Shown in pieces: positions 18,620 through 29,698 of a DNA stretch of 33,657 nucleotides (its first letter is position 1; each line of letters begins with the position of its first letter). Source of the DNA: Polyangiaceae bacterium. Its GTDB lineage: Bacteria > Myxococcota_A > Polyangia > Polyangiales > Polyangiaceae. The stretch is from assembly GCA_036374535.1 (NCBI GenBank), contig DASUTR010000670.1:1-33657 (forward strand), given 5' to 3'. A program made the position numbers and the translations under genes. The notes beneath the pieces were generated by a model. It had not been told where the DNA came from. It did not search any database and saw only the letters and a program-made list of their open reading frames with translations.

Positions 18620-18649
18620 AGACTAGTGAGGCGTGCTCCGGACTGTCAA
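18620..18649 (-). promoter_or_regulatory. Sigma70-type promoter TTGACA-N18-TAGTCT for the TRL-like gene
   Basis: Perfect -35 hexamer and a TAnnnT -10 on the minus strand, followed by an AT-rich leader. Confidence 0.6.
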
Positions 18650-18816
18650 GCAACGTCCCGAAACACGTTCGTGCTTTCCTCCGCAACCCGGGCGCGTTAC
18701 GGCCCGCTCGTTTACCGCGTACGGCGCGACTGCATCCATAAGTGACGAAGCTCGAGGGGCGCATCGGCCGGACGGCCTGCGTTCGGTTTCGTTCGTGCAG
18801 CGTGATAAGGAGCGCC

Positions 18817-19359
18817 ATGCGTCGACGCTTCGCGGCGCTCGTTCTCGCGCTATCGCCGCTCGCGAGCGGGTGCCTCGCGTTCGCGCGCGGACAGGCCGGC
18901 ACGGCGATGAGCACGTCCGATACTCCGGGTCATTCGGGCCCCGTGGTCGGTGCCGACGGTGTGTTCACGCTTCCGGGTCTCAAGTGGGTCGACGGCGAGT
19001 CGGCGTTCCCGTTGGGCTTTCACAATTCGTTCGAAACCGTGCTTGCCCCCGAGCGCAAAGACTTCGCGTGGGGTACGGGGCTCGCATACTTCGGCTCGCC
19101 GCGCCCTGTCGCTGGTCACGCCATCGTCGGGACGAACCTTCACGTGGGTGAAGTCGACGGCGAGCTCTCGTTCGGCAACATCAGTCCGTACGCGGTGCTC
19201 GGCGTGAGAGCGTCGCTCGCGTCGAACTCCGTCGCAACGCGCGCGGAGCCCTTCCTCTCGCTCGACCTCTCGGGTCAGACGTACATCGACTACCTCTCGG
19301 ACGATCGCTTACTCACGACGCTCGTCTGTCTGAAGTTCGGCGCGGGCTACGGATTTTAG
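18817..19359 (+). CDS. Hypothetical envelope protein (lipobox; amphipathic strands, small beta-barrel-like)
   Basis: AAGGAG RBS, MRRRFAALVLALSPLASGC and C-terminal KFGAGYGF. Confidence 0.7.
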   Translation: MRRRFAALVLALSPLASGCLAFARGQAGTAMSTSDTPGHSGPVVGADGVFTLPGLKWVDGESAFPLGFHNSFETVLAPERKDFAWGTGLAYFGSPRPVAGHAIVGTNLHVGEVDGELSFGNISPYAVLGVRASLASNSVATRAEPFLSLDLSGQTYIDYLSDDRLLTTLVCLKFGAGYGF

Positions 19360-19392
19360 GCGGTCCGCCCACCGGGTCAGCTCACGACGCCG

Positions 19393-19432
19393 GCCGCGCG
19401 CTGGGCGAGGCCAAATGTCCCATGCGCGCGGC
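19393..19432. other. Imperfect inverted repeat (terminator of the upstream gene or activator site)
   Basis: GCCGCGCGC-TGGG...CCCA-T-GCGCGCGGC. Confidence 0.45.
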
Positions 19433-19461
19433 GCCGGCCGAATTCCGCAGCAATGACGCGG

Positions 19462-19477
19462 TGGCATGAAGCCTGCT
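19462..19477 (+). promoter_or_regulatory. Sigma54 (-24/-12) promoter for the USP gene
   Basis: TGGCATG-AAGC-CTGCT with exact GG-N10-GC spacing, about 20 nt before the ATG. Confidence 0.7.
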
Positions 19478-19498
19478 TCTCTTCGAGACGAGGTAACC

Positions 19499-20161
19499 AT
19501 GACATCCAGCACCCAGCCGCAGGTCGTCGTCGTGGGGGTGGACTACTCGGAATCGAGTGAGCTTGCGCTCGTTCAAGCGCTCGAGCTCGCGAGCAGCGAG
19601 CGCAACGCCGAGCTTCACGCCGTGCACGTCGCTGCGTCATTTCCGCCGGTCGTCGGAGTCGAGCACGTGCCCGACGGCGCGCCGTCCCCTGAAGCGGCGC
19701 GGGAGTCGGGCGGTGAGCTCGAGCAGTACCTCGATCGCCGTCTCTTCGAGTTCACGCGCGGTCGCGACGCCACCGCGCCGATTCCGCAACGAGTCGTCGG
19801 GCATCTGCGCTTCGACTCGCCCGCCGAGCAGATAGCCGAGCTCGCGCGCGATCTCGAGGCGCACCTCGTGATCGTCGGCACGCACGGCCGGCGGGGGTTC
19901 TCGCGCATGCTGCTTGGGTCCGTCGCGGAGGGCGTCGTTCGGCTCTCGCCGTGTCCCGTGCTCGTCGTGCGTCCGCGGGAAGTATCGAACGCGCCGCGCA
20001 TCGAGCCGGCTTGCGAGCACTGCGTTCGCACGCGCGTGGCGACCGGCGGGCAGCGACTTTGGTGCAAGCAGCACAGCGAACGCCACGGTCCGCGCCACAC
20101 GTACCACCAGCGCGACCGCATGTCGGGTGACGGCGGCATGCCGCTCGTCTTCCACGGCTAA
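19499..20161 (+). CDS. Universal stress protein with C-terminal Cys/His-rich extension
   Basis: VVVGVDYSESS, LIVGTHGRRG and LLGSVAEGVVRLSPCPVLVVR (USP); tail CEHC..WCKQHSERHGPRHTYH; GAGG RBS. Confidence 0.92.
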   Translation: MTSSTQPQVVVVGVDYSESSELALVQALELASSERNAELHAVHVAASFPPVVGVEHVPDGAPSPEAARESGGELEQYLDRRLFEFTRGRDATAPIPQRVVGHLRFDSPAEQIAELARDLEAHLVIVGTHGRRGFSRMLLGSVAEGVVRLSPCPVLVVRPREVSNAPRIEPACEHCVRTRVATGGQRLWCKQHSERHGPRHTYHQRDRMSGDGGMPLVFHG

Positions 20162-20251
20162 TCGCGTGGCAGTGTCCGCCTTCGTCGAAGGCTGCGCTCC
20201 CTCCGCGTGCTAGGAGTGGGGGCCGAGCTTTCCGCCGCCTGAGACGAAACG

Positions 20252-21259
20252 ATGAAAAAAGTTCGCTGGGGCATTCTCGGCGTCGCACGGATTGCGACCA
20301 ACAAGGTCATCCCGGCCATGCTGAAGAGCGAGCTCATCGAGGTGGTCGCCCTGGCCTCGCGCTCCCTCGAAAAAGCGAGGACGGCGGCCGCCTCGCTCGG
20401 CATTCCGCGCGCGTACGGCTCGTACGAGGAGCTCGTCGCGGACCCCGGCATCGATGCCGTCTACAACCCCTTGCCGAATCACCTGCACGTTCTCTGGTCG
20501 AAGCGCGCCGCTCTGGCCAAAAAGCACGTGCTTTGCGAAAAACCCATCGCGCTCACCGCGGCCGAAGCGGCCGAGCTCGTCGAGGCACGCGATCGGAACG
20601 GCGTATCCATTCAGGAAGCGTTCATGGTTCGAACGCACCCCCAGTGGCTCGCGGCGCGGGAGCTCGTACGGAGCGGCCGCATCGGCGAGCTTCGCGTCGT
20701 CCAAAGCTCGTTCTCGTTCTTCAACGACGATGCCGCGAACGTCCGCAATATCGCCGACCTCGGCGGCGGAGCGCTCTACGACATCGGCTGCTACCCCGTT
20801 ACGACGTCGCGCTTCTTGTTCGACGGCGAACCGACGCGCGTCCTCGCCAGCATCGAGCGCGACCCGAGGTTCGGCACCGATCGGCTCACGACGGCGCTGC
20901 TCGACTTTCCCACGGGAAAAGCCATATTCGTCTGCAGCACGCAGCTCGTCGGCTATCAGCGCACACAGATCCTCGGGACTCGCGGGCGCATCGAAATCGA
21001 GGTGCCGTACAACGCGCCGAGCGACCGCCCCTGCCGCATCTTCGTGGACGACGGGCGCGATTACCTCGGCTCCGGCGTCGAAGCGGTGAGCTTCGACAGC
21101 GTCGATCAGTACACCGTCGAGGCCGAAGCATTTTCCCGCGCGATCCTCGAGGGAAAGCCCGCGCCCATTCCGCTCGAAGATGCCGTGCGCAACATGGCCG
21201 TCATCGACGCCCTTTTCCGCTCGGCCACGAGCGGGCGCTGGGAAGCGCCGGGTCCCTAG
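20252..21259 (+). CDS. Gfo/Idh/MocA family NAD(P)-dependent oxidoreductase
   Basis: VRWGILG, DAVYNPLPNHLH, HVLCEKP and GGGALYDIGCY motifs. Confidence 0.95.
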   Translation: MKKVRWGILGVARIATNKVIPAMLKSELIEVVALASRSLEKARTAAASLGIPRAYGSYEELVADPGIDAVYNPLPNHLHVLWSKRAALAKKHVLCEKPIALTAAEAAELVEARDRNGVSIQEAFMVRTHPQWLAARELVRSGRIGELRVVQSSFSFFNDDAANVRNIADLGGGALYDIGCYPVTTSRFLFDGEPTRVLASIERDPRFGTDRLTTALLDFPTGKAIFVCSTQLVGYQRTQILGTRGRIEIEVPYNAPSDRPCRIFVDDGRDYLGSGVEAVSFDSVDQYTVEAEAFSRAILEGKPAPIPLEDAVRNMAVIDALFRSATSGRWEAPGP

Positions 21260-21269
21260 GCGCGAAGGC

Positions 21270-21806
21270 TCAGCGAGCGCTCGCGCGGCGCCGTGGGCTC
21301 GTCGCGCGCGCGCGCTTGGCGGGCGTTTCGAGGCGCGGCCACGTGCCGCTCTTGCCGTTCGATTTCGACGGGCGCGGTAGGCCGTACGCCGAAAGGATCG
21401 CGTCGAGCGCGTCCACCATGTGAGGGCCGACACGGAGCAACTGATCTCGATGCAGCACGGAGAGCTTGCGCAAGAGTGTCGAGCCGGCCGTCGTGAGCTC
21501 GAGAAACACCTCGCGTCGATCCTCCGTCCCGCGCTGTCGGCGCAGCAGCGCGCGCTCTTCGAGCTTGTCGACGAGGCCCACCGTGGTGTGGTGCTCCACG
21601 CACAGCCGTTCGGCGATGTTTCCGATCGTCGGGCGGGAGCTCCCGGGAAATCCGCGCACGGCGAGCAAGAGCTGGTGTTGCTGCGGTTCGATCCCGAGGC
21701 TGCGCGCCGCTCGCTCGCTGAAGGCGAGGAACCTGCGGATCTCGTAGCGAAATGCCGCGAGCGCGCGATAGTCGGCAAGCGCAACGTTCGGCACGTGGGG
21801 TCCCAT
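21270..21806 (-). CDS. MarR-family transcriptional regulator
   Basis: DYRALAAFRYEIRRFL, PQQHQLLL, TIGNIAERL, LVDKLEERALLRR..DRREVFLELT winged HTH. Confidence 0.9.
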   Translation of the reverse strand: MGPHVPNVALADYRALAAFRYEIRRFLAFSERAARSLGIEPQQHQLLLAVRGFPGSSRPTIGNIAERLCVEHHTTVGLVDKLEERALLRRQRGTEDRREVFLELTTAGSTLLRKLSVLHRDQLLRVGPHMVDALDAILSAYGLPRPSKSNGKSGTWPRLETPAKRARATSPRRRASAR

Positions 21807-22054
21807 TTCTCGTAGCGGCTCGAGGCACAGTCGTCAACCGCGCGGCGCTCGTCGAGGCGCATCGGTCGACGTGCCGTCGGCGGCGTGAAACCGTCTCGAA
21901 ATGGACTGAGTCTACGAGTTCGTCGTCGTACCCATCGGCGTTCTCGCGACACGCGTCGTGAGCCGCCGCCGCTGCGCTCCTAACGCATCGTCGACGCGCT
22001 CGGCGCCGACCGCGGCCTGCTTTCGGCGGCACCCGCGATGGGAGCGGCGAACGG

Positions 22055-22288
22055 CTAGTCGGAGTCGGGGCGCGCGACGCGCAGCGGGCGAGCGGGACGT
22101 CGCTCGCCGGACGCGCATGCGGCGCAGACGCAGATCTGGTCGCGCGCTTCCGGCGGCACCCGTTCGAGAACCTCGGCGGGGATCTTCGCGGAAGAACACC
22201 AACAGGTTCCCGCTCCGCTGCTCATGCCGCACGCGTTCGGACCGCCACAAAGGGGGCAGCGTTGGGGGTCGCGGCTCGAGGCGCTCAT
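22055..22288 (-). CDS. Cysteine-rich CWC family protein (77 aa)
   Basis: Hidden at the end of the 1514-aa shadow ORF: MSASSRDPQRCPLCGGPNACG..CWC..CVCAAC. Confidence 0.85.
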   Translation of the reverse strand: MSASSRDPQRCPLCGGPNACGMSSGAGTCWCSSAKIPAEVLERVPPEARDQICVCAACASGERRPARPLRVARPDSD

Positions 22289-22349
22289 CCGGAAGGCAGA
22301 GCTTAGCGCGCCGGCGCTTTCGGCTCTTCCGGCCCAAATTCCGGGGGAG

Positions 22350-22378
22350 TTGACGTGAAACTGCGCCAAAGGCATGAT
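22350..22378 (+). promoter_or_regulatory. Sigma70-type promoter TTGACG-N17-CATGAT for the regulator-metH operon
   Basis: Near-consensus hexamers with a 17-nt spacer, 27 nt upstream of ATG 22406. Confidence 0.6.
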
Positions 22379-22405
22379 CAATTCTTGCATGCGGATACAG
22401 GGATA

Positions 22406-23341
22406 ATGACGCTCTCCGCCTACGTGGACACGCTGAATGCTCTCGGCGACGAAAGTCGCCTGAGGCTCTGCGCGCTGCTCCGCGAACGAGAGCTCTGCGT
22501 CACCGATCTGGTGCGCGTGACGGGCATGGCTCAGTCGCGCGTCTCGACGCACCTCGGCCGACTCAGAGAGGCCGGATTCGTTCGCGACCGCAGGAACGGC
22601 ACACAGTGCTTCTACGCGCTCGCGGAAGACGCGTTGCCCCCGGCCGCGAGGGCAGTGCTCGACGGCGCGTCCATGGCCGAGGATCCGACGCTCCTCGGCG
22701 ACCGTCGGCGCCTGCTCGAGCTCGACGCCGAGCGTCGCGGCGGGCTCCCCGAATGGGCTCTGGACAATCTCGAGCGGTACTACTCGCCCGGCCGTACGTG
22801 GCAGTCGCTCGCCGTGGGCATCGCCGGTCTGCTCGAGCTCGGCGACGTGCTCGACGTGGGCTCGGGCGACGGAGCCGCCGCCGCGGCCATCGCGCCGTAT
22901 GCGCGCTCGCTCACCTGCGTGGACTCGAACCCTCGCATGATCGACGCGGCGCGCGTGCGGCTCGCGAAGTTCGAAAACGTCCGCGTGCTCGTCGCCGACG
23001 CGCACGAGCTCGGCTTCGACGACGCGGCGTTCGACGCCGTGCTCGTGTTCCACACGCTCACGTACGCGGCGCAGCCGAAGCGGCTGCTCGCCGAGTGCGC
23101 GCGCGTGCTCCGGCCGGGCGGGCGGCTCGTGCTCCTGTGCCTCGACCGCCACGAGCAACACGAGATTACGGCGCGCTACGGCGAGCTTCACCCCGGCTTC
23201 GCGCCCGACGCCGTGAAGCGGCTCGTCGCGGCGACGGGCCTCGCCGTGAAGAGCGCAGAGATCGTGTCGCGCGAACCGAAGAAACCGCACCTCGAGGTGG
23301 TACTCGCCATTGCCGAGAAGCCGAAGGTCCCAACGAGCTGA
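22406..23341 (+). CDS. ArsR-family HTH fused to a SAM-binding methyltransferase-like domain (SahR/SamR-type methionine regulator)
   Basis: ALGDESRLRL, ELCV, QSRVSTHLGRLREAG (ArsR HTH); VLDVGSGDG and ARVLRPGGRL (class I MTase); 15 nt upstream of metH. Confidence 0.9.
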   Translation: MTLSAYVDTLNALGDESRLRLCALLRERELCVTDLVRVTGMAQSRVSTHLGRLREAGFVRDRRNGTQCFYALAEDALPPAARAVLDGASMAEDPTLLGDRRRLLELDAERRGGLPEWALDNLERYYSPGRTWQSLAVGIAGLLELGDVLDVGSGDGAAAAAIAPYARSLTCVDSNPRMIDAARVRLAKFENVRVLVADAHELGFDDAAFDAVLVFHTLTYAAQPKRLLAECARVLRPGGRLVLLCLDRHEQHEITARYGELHPGFAPDAVKRLVAATGLAVKSAEIVSREPKKPHLEVVLAIAEKPKVPTS

Positions 23342-23356
23342 CTGTCGAACGCTGCC

Positions 23357-27211
<3,855 letters not shown>

Positions 27212-27227
27212 ACGCCGGCCGCCTCGC

Positions 27228-27740
27228 TCAGGCTCGGTGGACGAGCCGGAGCGGCGGCTCGCTCGCGATCGGCGCCGGGACGCAATTGTCCGGGTGGATG
27301 CGCTGGTGCGCGTCGGGCGCCGCCTCGACGAGCATGCGGTCGAATTCGTGATGGTCCGTCGTGATGATGGCGGGCACCTGCAGCATTTCGCTCAACAGGC
27401 GTGCCGAATCGGCGACTGACTCCGTGCGGACCAGCGTCACGGTGGACGCGACTTTGTCGCGACGGGCGATGAGCGCACGCGCAATCTGAGCGCGCGCGCC
27501 GAGGTTGCCGCCGTCCGGCGAGTACGCGTCCATGAAGACCGTGTAGCGAACGTCGCCCGTGAGGATGCGTTCGAGTCTGCGCGCGCAGCGTGCCGCGATG
27601 CTCTCGGAGATGTCCTCCACGAAGCAGGCGAACACCACGTCGTGCGCGACCAAGCCGAGCGCAATCGAGCCCCACTCGCTCGTGAAGACGACGAGCGGCT
27701 CGGCATTCGCAGCGGCGAAGGTTCCCGAACGCGGTCGCAC
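27228..27740 (-). CDS. Hypothetical protein, possibly STAS/SpoIIAA-like fold
   Basis: 170-aa alpha/beta pattern (VFMDAY..GARAQIAR..VTLVRT..); occupies the gap convergent to metH. Confidence 0.6.
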   Translation of the reverse strand: MRPRSGTFAAANAEPLVVFTSEWGSIALGLVAHDVVFACFVEDISESIAARCARRLERILTGDVRYTVFMDAYSPDGGNLGARAQIARALIARRDKVASTVTLVRTESVADSARLLSEMLQVPAIITTDHHEFDRMLVEAAPDAHQRIHPDNCVPAPIASEPPLRLVHRA

Positions 27741-27761
27741 GAAGGACGGAACGGCCAGGGG

Positions 27762-27786
27762 AGCCGCAACTTAAGCGGCTTTATTT
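27762..27786. other. Short hairpin/palindrome AGCCGC-aacttaa-GCGGCT followed by TTATTT
   Basis: Seen directly. Could be a plus-strand terminator or an operator over a TAAGTT -10 for the minus-strand gene. Confidence 0.35.
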
Positions 27787-27910
27787 ACGGCGGATTTGGG
27801 GGGCAAAATGCATCGCGGCCACCGGTCCGGTGTAGTTTCCGTTCCGACTGGACGTGGAAGGCTTCGGACGCGGGTCGGGTGGTACCGACGAGGGATTCGG
27901 GCGTCGCTGC

Positions 27911-28735
27911 TCAGAAACGAACGTAGAAGTTCGCCTCGGGGACGAGACCGCGGGTTCGCACCGGAAGCTCGACCGCGGGAAGCCAGAGATGGCCGTAGCC
28001 GGCGCCGAGCTCGAAGTTCACGTGCGAAAAGCTCAGGCTGAATCCCGGTACGACGGCAGCGACGACGCCGGAGTAGGGCTTGTCCGCTCCGAGCTCGGCG
28101 TCCACGTGCGTCGTTTCCGTTTCGAACTCGGTCGTCACGCGTGCGTCGCCTCGGTACACCATGAGCTTCGCGAGCAGCGTGAGCGCGAACACGCGGGAGA
28201 GGCGCAGCTCCGAAAGGGTCGACAGCGTTACGTTCGTCGAGGTCAGGGCACCGTGAATATCGGCTTCACCTTCGTGGTCGCCCGCGGCGGCGACGGCGAC
28301 GTAGGTGAGCTCGGCGCTTTGGCTGAAGCTTGGGCCGAAGCGGTACGAAGCCGCGAGGCTCAGCGGCAGGATCCAGACTGACGCGGTGCTGCCGTCGTTC
28401 TCGAGCCAATTCGAGGCGAGCACGTCGGCGTCCACGTAGACGGCGGCGGCCCGACCCGCGATCGCGAGGCTACCGTCGAACGGCGCGCGCAGTTTGACGA
28501 AACCGGTGGGAATCGGCTCGCCGAGTACGGGTCCCGCGAACCACGTGGGGACGTACGTGCCGATCAAGAGCTCGTCGACGATGCCGAGCTCCGCCGTGCG
28601 CACGCCGAGCGAGAGCTCGCCCCCCCGCAGCGTGTAGGCGGTACGGTCAACGCGCTCGCTGCCCGCCGTTTGGTACGCTGCCGCGGGCCGCGCGAGCAGC
28701 GACGCGACGACGGCGAACGTCAGTAGAGCACGCAT
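27911..28735 (-). CDS. Putative outer-membrane beta-barrel protein
   Basis: Signal peptide MRALLTFAVVASLLARPAAA, alternating amphipathic strands and C-terminal ANFYVRF (BAM-type signal). Confidence 0.75.
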   Translation of the reverse strand: MRALLTFAVVASLLARPAAAYQTAGSERVDRTAYTLRGGELSLGVRTAELGIVDELLIGTYVPTWFAGPVLGEPIPTGFVKLRAPFDGSLAIAGRAAAVYVDADVLASNWLENDGSTASVWILPLSLAASYRFGPSFSQSAELTYVAVAAAGDHEGEADIHGALTSTNVTLSTLSELRLSRVFALTLLAKLMVYRGDARVTTEFETETTHVDAELGADKPYSGVVAAVVPGFSLSFSHVNFELGAGYGHLWLPAVELPVRTRGLVPEANFYVRF

Positions 28736-29517
28736 GGCGTGCTCGCGTCGCCGCACGCCCAGAGGCCGCGTCGTTCACGAATGCCCACGAAGCCCGACGG
28801 CGCCAGCACCACGACGACGCTGCCAAAGTCGGAGCCCGCGAGCGTCACGGAGTCGAGGAGCACTTCGAGCGCGTCGTCGGCCGTCAATCGAAAGTGGTAC
28901 TCATCGCGCGCTAGATCGAACGCGCCGAGCGAGCTTTCGCTCGTTCCCGCGACGTTCCGCAGATGCACCAACAGCGCCGCGGGGAGCGGGCTCCCGAGGC
29001 GGAGGTGAGCGCCGAAATCCGCGCTGAACTCGGCGTCGAGGTGGAGCCTTTGGGCTTCGCCGAACGCGGTGACCAGCGAGAAGCGACAACCGTCGAGCGT
29101 TCCCCCGAAGCTTCGCTGGAGGTGGGAGGCCCGCACGCCCAACCTGGCGAGCACTCGCCCGTCGTTCGCCGAGGGCGGAGGGGCGCCGGGGCCCGGACAG
29201 AGCACGGTCGCCTCGACCCGCCCCTCGAGCTCGAGGTCGTCCAGATCGAGCCGCGTTGCGAGTCCCCGATTCGCTTCGGCGAGTCCGTCGCGGACGAAGT
29301 GGAGCCCGGCGAGCGCGTGGTGCGGGCCGAGCGCTGCGACCGCAGCGTCGAGCAACGGGCGCACGTGCTCGACGGGAAGCTCCGCCGTCGGCTCCTCGTA
29401 CGCGCGATAGAGTCGCGATAGATCGTCGCCGCTCGGGGGAGCGCCGGGCGTCCCGACGCAGGCGACGCAAGCGGCCGAGAGCGCTGCGATGGCCGTGAGC
29501 TCGGCAAAGTTTTCCAT
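28720..29517 (-). CDS. Hypothetical lipoprotein
   Basis: Hydrophobic N-terminus ending ACVAC; overlaps the start of the beta-barrel gene by 16 nt. Confidence 0.7.
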   Translation of the reverse strand: MENFAELTAIAALSAACVACVGTPGAPPSGDDLSRLYRAYEEPTAELPVEHVRPLLDAAVAALGPHHALAGLHFVRDGLAEANRGLATRLDLDDLELEGRVEATVLCPGPGAPPPSANDGRVLARLGVRASHLQRSFGGTLDGCRFSLVTAFGEAQRLHLDAEFSADFGAHLRLGSPLPAALLVHLRNVAGTSESSLGAFDLARDEYHFRLTADDALEVLLDSVTLAGSDFGSVVVVLAPSGFVGIRERRGLWACGDASTPCVLY

Positions 29518-29529
29518 GGCCGCGCCTTC

Positions 29530-29545
29530 TGCAGAGGGCGTGCCA
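29530..29545 (-). promoter_or_regulatory. Sigma54 (-24/-12) promoter
   Basis: Minus strand TGGCACG-CCCT-CTGCA with GG-N10-GC spacing. Confidence 0.75.
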
Positions 29546-29593
29546 CGCGCACCGGGCGGTTTATCGCCGCTCGCGCCGTCCGGCGACTCGTCG

Positions 29594-29623
29594 CGGACAT
29601 TCGTCCGACGGACGTTCGTCCGA
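29594..29623. repeat. Two tandem 15-bp units, each a CGGAC-N4-GTCCG palindrome; candidate enhancer (UAS)
   Basis: CGGACATTCGTCCGA CGGACGTTCGTCCGA, about 50-80 bp upstream of the -24 box. Confidence 0.7.
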
Positions 29624-29633
29624 CGAGACCGAG

Positions 29634-29680
29634 CGGCGCGCCTTCTCGCGTCGCGCCGTGCGACGTTCGAAGGCGCGCCG
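29634..29680 (-). terminator. Long GC-rich stem-loop 18 nt after the stop of the CXXCH lipoprotein gene
   Basis: CGGCGCGCCTTC..CGTCGC-N5-GCGACG..GAAGGCGCGCCG (12-bp outer and 6-bp inner stems); no U-tract. Confidence 0.55.
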
Positions 29681-29698
29681 TGCGTCGACGGCCTCGGA

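Noticed and set aside
21807-22054. About 250-bp spacer checked for a small gene, selenocysteine read-through (ATG GAC TGA GTC TAC...) or riboswitch
   Set aside because: No RBS, convincing SECIS-like hairpin or recognisable aptamer. Only a weak TTGACG-N17-TACGAG promoter for the MarR gene (21809-21837, minus strand).
22289-22405. SAM or cobalamin riboswitch upstream of the metH operon
   Set aside because: The predicted leader is only about 20 nt and has no aptamer motifs; a protein regulator is encoded instead.
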